From: the human T2T-CHM13v2.0 reference genome, Homo sapiens
NCBI RefSeq assembly: GCF_009914755.1
Contig: NC_060929.1
DNA: 64,000 bases
Direction: 5' to 3' (one strand)
Shown: positions 28,049 to 44,081 of the stretch, in pieces
How the letters are laid out: each line of letters begins with the position of its first letter
Position numbering within the stretch: the stretch's first letter is position 1
Made by a program: the position numbers and the translations under genes
Notes under the pieces: model-generated
What the model saw: the letters and a program-made list of their open reading frames with translations, nothing else
Databases searched by the model: none
Told to the model about the DNA's origin: nothing

Positions 28049-29396
28049 GTAAATATACTAAGTATTAGAGAGCAAAGCTAGGGCACCCAATTCTGACGCA
28101 TGTCCAGGGGAGACACAGGGCAAAGAGAGAGGGACAAGCCAGATGCATTAGATTTGTGAAGGTATAAAAATAAAATGCTCGTAAAGAGAGAGGCCTCAGG
28201 ACAATGGAGGAAGTAGGCTGGACTGCCAGAGGCTTGGATTTTACTGACATCTGATCTTAGGGCATCACACATGGGTTGGCCATTTGAAAGAATTCCAAAA
28301 GCCTATGCCATTGAATCACATCAGTTTTTTACAAGTTGTGATAAGCATGTTTCTGGTAGTACCAAGACAAAGCTCAATTCAAAAAATACTTATGTTTTTA
28401 TTTGTATATTTATCTTATGTTTACATGATGATATTGCTCTCCATTTACAATGGCAACATAAAGTTTATTTTCTCAAATTAATTAAGTAAAAAAACTGAGT
28501 GAATTTAAAGAAAAATCTTAAATAATATGGCAAAAGTCATAAATGCATAAAAATAAGTGAGGTTTAAGAAGCTACGTAGCACTGTTTATTATTTCATAAT
28601 ACAGATTTTGGGACCTGCCATTTGATGATGAAGCCAAGTAAAAAGCTGAAGTTAAATCTGGATAAACCAAGATAAAGTGTTGCCACCAACTCATTACCTA
28701 CATATGTAAATTTTGAAGAATTTTAACTGGATTGTCCAGAGTTCAACTTTCTTTTTTCATTTTATTTTTTAGAAAGAAGCAGAATCTGCATCCTGATTGA
28801 TCTCTTACATTCAGAAACCATATTGTTACTGTTGGGGCAAAAATAAAATATAAAACATGAGAAATGAAAAAGAAAATGACAAAACCAAGCCTATAAACTT
28901 GCCAGCCAACACAGCACGTTCCAGTGGAGAAATTCACCAAGTTCTCTGTGGGAAAACTCAGGGCTCTGTAAGTTTTAGAAGTGGGGAGCTCCTGGTGTTT
29001 AGTCTAATTTACCATGGAAGACTGGCATTCTGATAGGATAGAGGTAGACCAGAGGTCTGAAAACAGCAGGCTAAACTAAGTCCTGTTGTCATGCATCAGG
29101 AACATCTTCAGTTACATCCATCAAGGGTCTGAGACACAAGGGTCACTCAATATTTGTCCGAACCAATTGTGTTGACACATGACATTCAGCTTTGCTCTTA
29201 CCTAGGCAAGCACTGCTGTCAGTGGAAATTATCCTCCCCTTGGTTCTCCCTTTTTCTGAGATAATAGATGAGAACATAAAGGATAAGCAATTTGTCGGGT
29301 GTTCGGGTCCACACTGCCGATTTGGTTTCAGTGCCATTGTCCCAGATCTCACTGTGTTCATTTAAGTCACTTAAGTCTCCTTTATAAATAGAATCA

Positions 29397-29700
<304 letters not shown>

Positions 29701-30910
29701 CTAATCAGCCCCCTATAGAGACAAGTCCAGGTTATGAGAAAAGAGTCCACTGGTCAGTCCAACCCATCTTAGACAAAAAGTTTCCTGTTCTTAAATTTTA
29801 TATAGGAACTTCTTGACTCACCCCAAAACATTAATCCAAATGTCACAAGAGGTGTTAGCCAGTGCACAACGGCCTTGTTTGGTCAGTAAAGAACTCACAT
29901 GTGATTCTCTTGTTTGACATCATTGCAGCGAGTGAGTGAAGGTTTTACAGTTCAGTTTGACCAGCAGGCACATTCTGGACAATTTCATTGGTTGTGATTG
30001 CCAATGTTACGGGCACTTTCTAATGCAAAGTCTTAATCAGGAACCCCAAGCCAAGGAAGAAACCCATGCATAAGGCGATGAAACCAGTATCCCTGTGACC
30101 TCTAGGCCGTTCGCTCTTAGACAGGCAGGTCCTTTGGGTGATGGCCAGTATGTAAACACTGAAACTCCAATCTGGCATGCAAATCCACCCATGCCTACCA
30201 GAATGGGAGACTCTTTCTCTGCTCCAATGTCCACATTGGATGATGATATCATCTTAGCAGAAATACACAAAGCCACAAGGAGTACCATCTGGCAATTGAT
30301 AAATATTGTTAAATAGACCTCTCAAGTGTTTAAGCACCATTAAAACCAAATATACCTAAAGTTTAACAGAAAATAGTATAATTAATTTAACCAGCACAGG
30401 GACATTTTCCTTGACCTCACGGAAAGAGTTAAGTGAAAAAGCTTTATTAATTACTTCCTGTGGAACAATTTACCATTAGCAAAATTTTACATTATATGAC
30501 TTAGAGAAAATTCTGACCACTATAGCTACACTTTTTGTTCTCAGAAGTTGGTTGCCGAACATTAACCTGGAAGGTGTCATTTTTACAGATAAATGTATTA
30601 ATTGTAGCCCAGATATGGAAATTAACTTCCGTGAACGTGTCCTGTCATAACTGCAGCTAGTAGCATTTTCAGCACAGCGCCTTAAAAGAAAACTCCATGG
30701 AATTCTATAAGAAGGATGACAAACTCAAACTGAGTTTGGTAACTAAATTCTCATAGTAAATTTTGATTGACTTAAAATCTGGAGAATGCCAGACAAACGT
30801 AATTATTTTCATTGTCTTTTCTTTTTATATAGTGGGAAAAAAAATCCCTGTGTTTACTCAATTACTGTCCAGGAAAATCCAAAGGTATTTTGGGTTTAAA
30901 AGATATCCTT

Positions 30911-31200
30911 GACCAGGCGCGGTGGCTCACATCTGTAATCCTAGCACTTTGGGAGGCCAAGGCGGGTGGATCCCTTGAGCTCAGGAGTTTGAGACCAGCT
31001 TGGGCAATATGACAAAACCCTGTCTCTACAAAAAATACAAAAGTTAGCTGGGCATGGTGATACATACCTGTAGTCCCAGAGGAGGCTGAGGTGGGAGGAT
31101 CTCTTGAGCCCGGGAGGTCAAAGCTGCAGTGAGCCACGATCATGCCGCTGGACTCCAGCCTGGGCATCAGAGTGAGATTCTGTCTCAAAAAAAAAAAAAA
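30911..31200 (+). mobile_element. AluJ
   Basis: J-type ggaggatctcttgagcccgggaggtcaaagctgcag; flanking repeat aagatatcctt. Confidence 0.92.
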
Positions 31201-31384
31201 TGAGGAAGAAGATATCCTTAGAGCTTTATGATTCTAAGTTTAGAGCCTCATTTTGGGGAAAGCAATAGGAAAGAATCTTCAGAATAGATTTTTGCAAGAA
31301 CAATGGAGAGTTGTCTTGATTACCTATTAAACAGAGGGACAAATTAAGAGAAGTTACACAATAATAATTCAGAATGTCAATTCT

Positions 31385-31717
<333 letters not shown>

Positions 31718-32115
31718 TCATTTAAAACAACCTAGAAGCATGGTAAGAAGGAACATAAAAGAAAAAAAAAGATAAACTCTTAAGTACTGGGAACTGGCTC
31801 TACATCAAATAAGAATAATGCCTTATTTCCTCATATGGAAAGAACATCTATAGTCCAAAGTCATAACTTGCTGATAACTATTAGACATCTCATTTCTGTC
31901 ATATTTGAAGCTTTTGCTCATTGATGTTTCTGTACCATTGTGTTTATACATTGAAACATACATAAATAGGTGCGCTCCATAATTTCTTACATTATTAATC
32001 TTAACATAAGACAATATATATGTCATATTGATTTTACCATTTTTATTAAAGTGTTATAAAAGAGTAAATGCATTCATGTAGAGGCAAGAATATAAGTTAA
32101 ACTAGTTACATGAGA

Positions 32116-32570
32116 TGACAGCCTGAATAACAGTCTCTCAAAGATGTTCACGTCCTAGTCCAGGAAACTGTGACTGTGTTATCTTACCTGGCGTAAGGAA
32201 TTTAGCAGATGTTATTAAGTTGAGGATCTTGAGATTATCTCATATTATTTGAGTGGATCTGATTTAATCACAAGGGTCCTTTTAAGAGGGCAGCAGGAAG
32301 TCAGAGAGGAGAAAAGATGCTTAGCTGCTGGTTTTGAAGATTAGAGGAAGGAACCAAAGAATGCAGGCAGCCTCTGAAAGCTGGAAGAGGCGCGGAAGCA
32401 GATTCTTCCCGAAGTGTCCAGAAGACATGCAGAGCAGCCAACACCTTGAGGTTAGACTTCTGATTTTAGACTTACGCTTCTGACCTCCAGATCTGAAAGA
32501 TAATACAGTTGTTTCTTTAAGCCATTAAGTTTGTGGTAATTTATTACAGCAACAATAGAAAACCAATACA
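32116..32570 (+). mobile_element. MLT1D-like MaLR solo LTR
   Basis: aaagatgttcacgtcct...gcagatgttattaagttgaggatcttgagat...ttctgacctccaga...aagtttgtggtaatttattacagcaacaatagaaaaccaataca. Confidence 0.85.
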
Positions 32571-32815
32571 CATGAAGACTCCACACATCTTTTCTTCCCT
32601 TAGAAATCTGAAATAAAAATTATTGATTGCTAACTTTTATGATTTCAAAGTCAATTAGAGATCTTAGAAATTAAATTCAAGTCACCTTTCAAAAAATAAT
32701 AATAGTAAAAGATTACTTAATGATACTAAAAGTATCAGAAAAATACCACTTTAGAATTTACATCAACAGTTTCTAGTAATTCTGTAGATTCCCATAATTT
32801 GTTGCATGACTGAAG

Positions 32816-32937
32816 TTGCAATAACCAATGTCTTCTTAAAAGACATTAGATTAGATTAGAAGATGTTAGATTAGAAAACATTGGACTAATGTCTTAGAAG
32901 ACTTGGTTCTAGAAGACATTGGTTATTGTAATCTAAT
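32816..32937. repeat. Nested imperfect palindrome
   Basis: 21-bp arms 32816-32836 and 32911-32931 (1 mismatch); inner 10-bp arms 32840-32849 and 32886-32895. Confidence 0.85.
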
Positions 32938-33899
32938 TGAATACATATATTTACATGTTTATAATTCTAAACATTTATGAAAGCAGCACTAGCTTAAGAC
33001 AAGTCTAGGAAATTTAGGAAATTCCAATTATTTAAGCTCTCTGGTGTAAACTAGAATATTACGCTAAAATTATTTTTATATCATGTTAAAATCAGAAAGA
33101 AGATATTATCAAAATAGGCTAATCCTCAAATATTTCTTGATGATAAATATATCCATGATTATAAATTTCTCCTGTTATATAACAATAATTAACCCTCTAA
33201 ATTGTATAAAAGCACCAAATGAACTCCATTTCATCTTAGTATATAACCCAGTGACCAAAATCATTAACTTAACTCACAGCTAAACCTTTCTTTTTCAGAG
33301 GTGCAGGCTCGGCAAGAAAATATTCATTAAAAGAACTAAAATGTTTCATAACAATAGAGGTTAGGTTGTTTTTGGAAATTCTAAAGTTCTCTTATTTTAA
33401 ATTTATATAAGTGCTTTTAAGTCTCTACAAAGAAATTAACTTAAGAGCTCCCATAGAATTTGAGAATTTATCATCTGATTCATCAGTTTGCTTCTATCTG
33501 GATCCGATATCCCTAGAGTGTGGTATAACAGAGTTTACAACCAACTGAAAAGGTTGCCCATTGTAGAATTGAAACAGTTTATATTGGGTTGAAGGGAATG
33601 TATTAACCCTTTTTGAACTTGCTTAATGAAAAACAGGTATAGAATGGATTCCTTCATCAGCCAAAAGACAGATGAGTAACTCCAAGGAAACAGTGTTTGC
33701 TTCTCTTCCCCAGATGAAACATAGACAAAACAAATACACAACAAATCGAGACTGAAAGTGCCACTGGAAAGACTCTAAGTTAAAACCAAGTCTTGCTGGG
33801 GATTGCTGACCAGAATGACAAAACAAATCAAAAGCGTGGTAACTCAGGCCACCTAGATTAAATAAAGTAAACTCGGTGTGCATGCAAGAAACACATCAC

Positions 33900-34478
33900 A
33901 CCAGCTGAGCTTGATGGCTACCGGGAGACCCTGTCTCAGTGCAGGCCCAGCAGAAGACCAAAGCTGAGCACAGAGGGACTCGTGTTGTCTGGCCGAGATG
34001 TCCACTAGCATCAGTGAGTGAGGCTGGTCAAGGCCATTTCGGTAGAACCTCTATTCTTTCTGCCGTACAAAAAAAACAGAGAGTTGACAACAAAAATAAA
34101 ACAAAACAAAAACAATAAACACAAGAAACAAAATGAGGCTATTAACTCTGCCAAGCAAGGCCACACATGCCAATGAAGAAATTCACTTAGTAGTTCTCCA
34201 AGGCGGAGGAAGTCAGGGGTTTCTGAGTGCTGAAAAAGGGGGAATTCATGGTGGTACTAAGCATGGAAAATGAGCCCTCTGGACAAGATAGAATGAGTCC
34301 TAAGTCTGTATGTTGTTTGTAGTTCAGTGCTGTAGGGGTCTCGGGTACAGTGATTCCTTAAAGTTCATGGTCCTTTAACAGCTTCAACTGTTTAGAGCCA
34401 GTTGTGATGAAATGCAATATTCAGTCTTGACAGCCCCCAGGCAAGTGCTTCTGTAAGTAAATAATTATCCTCTTACAG
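33900..34478 (-). mobile_element. Possible degraded ERV LTR/leader sequence
   Basis: Ends ...cctcttaca (tgtaagagg on the minus strand) with LTR-like composition; family not identified. Confidence 0.3.
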
Positions 34479-35372
34479 ATGGCATTAAAAGCAAGGAGCT
34501 CTGAGCTACACTGCAGCTCTAGACTCACTCAGAGGGTGAGGTCGTCTTCCTGAACTGTCCTGATCTGGGTCCAACAGGGGTTCTCTTACTAGGAAACTGT
34601 GCCGTCCTTCAAAATCAGACGAAGAGATGACAAAGTAACTGGGAAACAATAGAGGGCGCACTTGCTGGGAGGCATTCTCAGGCCGCCAGAGGGGATCCCG
34701 GGAGAGGAAAGTAGTTGTGACTGACTTCCTGGCATCTGCACTTGTTTCTAGTTTGGTTCTTTGTTTCTTTGTTATTTGAGTATATAGCAGTTACCAGAAA
34801 AAAATAAAAATAAAAATCTTCTTCATGAACAAAGTTACTTTTATTTGGATTAATCACAGTCCCAATAGAGTCATGTTAGGGTTAGTTATTAATGAACCCA
34901 ATAATAATCAAGCTTCTTAGAAACCTTCCATCCATTATGGCCATTAGGAATGAAAGCCTCAGCATCAACCCAGTTGCCCTAAACAACGCTTGATGCTAGT
35001 AAATCTATTCCTGGGTGGCTTATGTTCCAGCCAATCAAACATGTTGTGTTTCCAAGTCAAAATAAACTGTGATTCAGGAACCCACTGAGGGAGGACGTTT
35101 CCCCTTCTTCTGTTAATGTCACTAAGAATTGCAAAACACTTTGTGTATTCATTCATCTAGTTTGTACTGGAATATATGTTTTTAAATTAGATAAAGAAAT
35201 GCCTGAAGAATTGTCTAAAGAATTTCGGTTTGTCAAAACTCAGAACGATACTCCAAAAGATTAATTTTATTGTGTGTAAATTTTACCTTAAAAAACCTCA
35301 CCCACAAAAAGGAATTGGATTATTTCCCCTGACAAACAAATAACTGAAAACTTGATTTAAAAATAGCTTGCA

Positions 35373-35716
<344 letters not shown>

Positions 35717-35888
35717 TCAAAATATGACAAATTTGGGGAATAGGAAAGGGGTAAAAATGAAACAAGATTGGCCAATGAGTTGACAAATATTGAAGCTGGG
35801 TGCTGGGCATACGGGGATTCATTAAACTGCTCTCTCTCTCTCTCTCAATCATGGTTTTTATGTTTGAAATTTTTCATAATAAAAATCA

Positions 35889-36172
35889 TTTTTTTTTTTT
35901 TTTTTGAGGCACAGTTTTGCTCTGTTGCCCAGGCTGGAGTGCAATGACATGATCTCAGCTCCTCCCGGGTTCAAGTGATTCTCCTGCAACCTCCACCTCC
36001 TGAGTAGCTGGGATTACAAGAGCCCGCAACCACGCCCGGCTAATTTTTTGTATTTTTAGTAGAGACAGGGTTTCACCCTGTTGGCCAGGCTGGTCTCGAA
36101 CTCCTGACCTCAAGTGATCCACCTGCCTTGGCCTCCCAAAGTGATTACAAGCGTGAGCCACCGCGCCTGGCC
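35889..36172 (-). mobile_element. AluS
   Basis: Reverse Alu; TSD ataataaaaa-tc. Confidence 0.92.
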
Positions 36173-37966
36173 TATAATAAAAATCTGAACTGATAACTTG
36201 CATTTAGGAAAGGCTGTTACACAAAATATGCTGGCTTTTACACAAAATATGCTGCCCTTATGTTCCAGTGCTCAGCAGAATGCTCAAAATCAGATAATGA
36301 ATGTTTACTGTGTGGCAAATTCTCAGCTATGTGCCTTACACATAGCTTCAGTCCTAGTAACCCTGCAAAGTAGATACTATTATTCTCCTTTTATAAAGAA
36401 GGAAACCAAGGGTAGGGACATCAGATACTAGCTTCAAGTCCCAAGGCTTGGAGGTGGAGAAGCCAAGATCCAGGTTAATCTGATTCAAAGTCTAGTTTTG
36501 GTTTCAATTTGGTGTGGTTTTTGTTTTTTGGTGTGTGTGTGTTTGTGTGTGCACGCACATGCACACCTGTGTTTACAGTGCTTCAACATTAAGAACTATT
36601 GCCTCACGATATGGCTATGCAACTTTGAAAAAATTGACCAAGGGAGGACAATCAGATCTTTTTTCCATGCAGGATGTCCTATGTGTTCATTTTTCTGGGA
36701 TGCTTAAAAAACCCCATGCTAGCTTCTATTAGTGCAGCTTGGTGAGCAAATGACGTTGCTGTCTTGAGTCCTCTTTCAGCACCTTGGGAAGCCTCTCCCG
36801 ATCCCACAGCCCTTCGCAGGTGCTCCCTCCTGTTCCTGCAGCCTCTAAGGCTTAGTTCAGCGATGAGCACCGAGTTTGAGGTTCTGGAAGTTGCTGACTT
36901 TCTGTGTCTGCCCCTGCCACGCAGCTGACGGCAGCTTGTTCCAACCCATCAAAGATCACAGCTCAGAGCCTCTCTTCCATTTGGTATTCCCCTAAAGCTC
37001 CAAGAAAACCCTCTTACAAGAATAAAGCAATACTAATAAGGCAACTGAGGTATGAAATAGACATCACACCAAGCAGGAATCTGCCCTTTCTTGAGCACCT
37101 ATGTGCTTTATCCGTGGGCAATTTAAACACATGATTATTTTCATGGGAATAACCCTAACAAAAGAGGGATTATTATTTTCATCTTAGAAAAACTGGAGCT
37201 CACAACGTTTGAGAGTGTCTAGGAGGAATGACTCCACTGTGTGTGCTTTTTCTAGTATGTGGTTTAATTATTTTCTAGCAGGGTGACTTTCTAGCTTCCC
37301 CTCGCTGAGCCTCAGTTTCTTCATGTGCAAAACAATGATAATCAGGCCAATGCGAAGAATTGTAGTGAGGATTAAATAAAAATGCCTAGTGCCTCCATAT
37401 ACACAAATACATACTCTCATTTGCCCCAGAATTTGTGACACCATAGTCATTTTCTAGGGGTCTCCTGCGCAGCTGTACTTTTTTTCTAATTTGTGATAAT
37501 GTCAAGTGGCATCACTGTTCTCAACCATGTGGTGTCTTCTCTGCTCATTCCTTCCACAACTCCCTTCCTAACAACTATGGATTCACTCCATCATCATTTC
37601 AATCCTTGGAAGACCTATATGCAGGAGGCACTACATTCTGTCCTCACCTTGACCTCTCAGACACCTCCTCTGAGTCAGGCACAGAGTTCTAATTTCATCC
37701 TTGCAGGTTCCTGGAGTCATTACCTTGCTATGCTAAGTGTCCCCCACCCACAGGCCCCGGTACTTCCCATACTTCTATGTAGTCTGGATCATCGTGGAGG
37801 TAAAATAATTAATTATGTAATTGGTTGTTATGATCAACTTTGCTGGACAATGAAAGCAGGAACTGTGTCCTATTAACCACTGCATCTCAGCATCTTACAC
37901 AGCACCAGGCACAAAGTAGAAAATTTATAGTATTTGTTGACTGTAAGAAGAAATAAAACATTTTTA

Positions 37967-38254
<288 letters not shown>

Positions 38255-38319
38255 AGTGTGGTTTCCTCTCTCTACAAAGCCAGACTCTTTGTTTTGTTTT
38301 GTTTTGTTTTGTTTTTCCT

Positions 38320-39648
<1,329 letters not shown>

Positions 39649-39910
39649 AGCTAGACTCTATCCCCACCATTTTGATGTACTATTTTAATCACAGGTGAGT
39701 TTAATTATTCTGTTTTCACTGTGATATTTGCTCTTTGCAGGTCAATTATGTGACTAGTTAGTAGGCAAAGTGATGACAAGTTTATGGAAGAATCAGATTA
39801 GTAATGAGATAAACAATAAAATTTTGGGATCACTAATGAGAATTATATATGGCTTTATCATGCATTAGCCAAGAAATGATTACAGATTATTTTTTAAAAA
39901 TCCAATTCAA

Positions 39911-40207
39911 GGTCGGGCTCGGTGGCTCATGCCTGTAATCCCAGCACCTTGGGAGGCCAAGGCGGGTGGATCATGAGGTCAGGAGTTCGAGACCAGCCTG
40001 GCCAACACAGTGAAACCCCGTCTCTACTAAAAATATAAAAATTAGCTGGGCATGGTGGCACGTGCTTGTAGTCCCAGCTACTCAGGAGGCTGAGGCAGGA
40101 GAATCACTTGAATTCTGGAGGCAGAGGTTGTGGTGAGCCGAGATCATGCCACTGCACTCTAGCCTGGGCAAGCGAGACTTCATCTCAAAAAAAAAAAAAA
40201 AAAAAAA
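39911..40207 (+). mobile_element. AluS
   Basis: TSD aaaaatccaattcaa. Confidence 0.95.
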
Positions 40208-40400
40208 TCCAATTCAAATGATATCACCACTAGAAAAATACCTATGTAAATTAGGTATTTTTGAGGCATAGAAAATGAGGAACAGAATTTAAATCAATGA
40301 AGAATACTTAAAGCTATGGTTTCTAAAACTTGATATGAACAAAATACTCATAAATTAACCAAGTCTTTGTTGTATTAATAAAATGTGCTCAGAAAATAAT

Positions 40401-40509
40401 TAGGCTGACTTATTCCAGTTTGCCCCAGACTTTCTCCATTTTAGCACTGAAAGTTCCATGTCTCAGGAAACCCTAAGTTCCAGGCAAACCAGAATGGTTG
40501 GTCACCCTA
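40401..40509 (-). mobile_element. MER81 (hAT-Blackjack MITE)
   Basis: TIRs taggctgac...gtcacccta, core ttttagcactgaaagt; 8-bp TSD aaaataat at 40393-40400 and 40510-40517. Confidence 0.82.
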
Positions 40510-40574
40510 AAAATAATTGGCCCTGTTGAAAGTAATGTTGGCTCTATTACTTACTAGCTATATCACCTTGGGTT

Positions 40575-40844
<270 letters not shown>

Positions 40845-41353
40845 CACCTTGGGTTCTTAGTTCTCAGTTTTCTCATGTATAAACTGGAGCTAATAACAAT
40901 ATGTACTTTATAGATTATTGTCAGGATAAACTGAGATAATGTACAGAAAGCATCTCATGCATAGTATATGCTCAAAACATTTGATAAATATGGTATTACT
41001 ATTATTACTAATGGCAGAAGTGGAATTTCAGAATGAGAACTTTCTCCTCTCAAATCTTCTTTTTATCCACCTTCTACACTATGCATGTTTAGCCACACTG
41101 AATTTAATAACCAGGAACTCCTAAGGCTAGTGGTTGGTTCTACGGTGCCTGTGGTTAGAAGCAACCAATACATGGCTGGATCATCTTTTGCATGTAGACA
41201 GAGAGGTCTGACCTCTAGGCCTTGAAAGAAGCAAAGTTATAAAGAAAGCTTCAGCCAGGCATGGTTGGTCATGCTGTAATCCCAACACTTTGGGAGGCCG
41301 AGGTGGGAGGATTACTTGAGGCCAGGAGTTTGAGACCAGCCTGAGCAACATAG

Positions 41354-41791
<438 letters not shown>

Positions 41792-43051
41792 TAGCCAGGC
41801 ATGGTGGCCTGTAATACTAGCTATTCAGGAGGCTGAGACAGGAGGATTGCTTGAGCCCAGCAATTCAAGGCTATAGTGAGCTATAATAGTGCCACTGCAC
41901 TCCAGCCTGGGCAACAGAGTGAGACCCTATAAACAACATTTAAAGTAAAATAAAGTCCTTGATCACCTTCAGGTCTCCATAATGCAGAAGATGGTGAATG
42001 TAGTACAAACACCCAAAAACCATTAGGCAAGGTTAAGCTCACACCCAACTGAGCTCATGGACAGCATACAGCCTGGCGCATTCTAGGCTCTCAGTAACCG
42101 GCTGCCATCTCGAGCAGAGAGTAGCTGCTGTGTGCCTCAGGCCCATTCCAGCTAGGATGAGCAAGAGACACTGGTTCTAGAAAGGAACTCTTGTGAAAAC
42201 AAATAAGCAGCCAAGCAAGGTGTCAAAGACTCTCCGATCCTGCTGTGTCATCGTTTGCGCTTGAATCATAAAGCTGTCTTTCCATCTGGTGCCATGGCTT
42301 AATTCATCCCTTACATTTTGGTCATAGCTCTGCCATCGCTTTGCTTGATTCCTGAGACAGAGGATGGGTTCTAGACCCAAAATGATTCTAGGATTAGGAG
42401 AAGAAGTTGTAGGTTTGGGAGGGGTTAGGGCAGATGGAAATGGTTGCCAGAGGGGTCTTTATACTGCCTCTGTGTGGTCCTTAACAATGTTTCACCTCCT
42501 GCTTCTACCTATTTCAGGGTCTCCCTCATGCCATCTGCTCTGCCTGGGCTGGCTTTGTTCTGTCTGTGGAGAGATTGAGATAATGTCTCTAAGAAATCTC
42601 CATCTTTCAGCTTCGGATCTCAGAGCACTCCAGGCGTGTCCGTCACTAATCCACAGGCAGGGCTCTGAAGCAGACGCCTTAACACCAATTCTGAGGCAGG
42701 GTGGATACCTGCTGCAGTGCAGAGTTAAATCTGAGAAGCTCAGAGAGGCGATCAGGGCGGCCTCTGAAAGCAATTATAGGGCTGAGCCTTTACAACAAAG
42801 GCTAGTTGACCCGACTTAACCAAGAAAGCCTGTATCACCCTACCTGGAAACCTGCCAGGCGTCCAAAAGTACTTCAAAGAATGCACCATCCCTGTGGCGG
42901 CTTTTCTGCGAGCAACCTCTCTTCTGCCTCTGATAGGACAGCTGACTTTCAGCCACGAGTGAGAAATACTCTGGAAAAGAAAATGCTTGTAGAACAAATG
43001 ACTTTGTGAACACGAATTCTGGGATCGCATTAAGAAAATTAGGATGCATAA

Positions 43052-43407
<356 letters not shown>

Positions 43408-43618
43408 TTAAAAAGTGGCAAATGAGAAATTACGGCATTGCATCTTCTGTGGTTTGTTCAAGAGAATAGGAAGTCACCTGCTGCGTGAGTGGGCAGGTGG
43501 GGTCTGGTAGATGGTGCTGGTGTAGGTGACGAAAATACTCAGATATGAAATGGTGGCAGCAGTGTAAAAGGGCAGGAGCCTTTTGTAAACTGCCTTATAA
43601 ATTAAAAAAAAAAATGTA

Positions 43619-43906
<288 letters not shown>

Positions 43907-43907
<1 letters not shown>

Positions 43908-44081
43908 GAGAGAGAGAGAGACAGAGAGAGAGAAAGGAAAGGAAGGGAAGGGGAGGGGAGGGGAGGGAAGAGAGAGAGAGAGAAAGAGAAAGAAAGAAAG
44001 AGAGACAGAAAGAGAGAAAGGAAGGAAGAAAGAAAGAAAGAAAAAGAGAAAGAAAGAGAAAGAAAGAAAGAGAGAAAGAAG
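43907..44081 (+). repeat. Polypurine (GA/GAAA/GGAA)n tract
   Basis: Seen directly. Confidence 0.95.

Noticed and set aside
34600-34745. CTCF-like ccgccagagggga and ETS acttcctg in a small CpG patch
   Set aside because: Mismatch at the conserved 3' GC of the CTCF core; not distinguishable from chance.
36775-36795. REST/RE1-like ttcagcacc-tt-gggaagcc (and flipped half-sites at 25199-25220)
   Set aside because: The right half lacks the key GGACAG, and the flipped arrangement is too weak to call.
39651-39740. Perfect donor CAG|GTGAGT (39695) and acceptor ctttgcAG (39740)
   Set aside because: A 46-nt intron is too short, and a 44-nt exon (39651-39694) has no other support.
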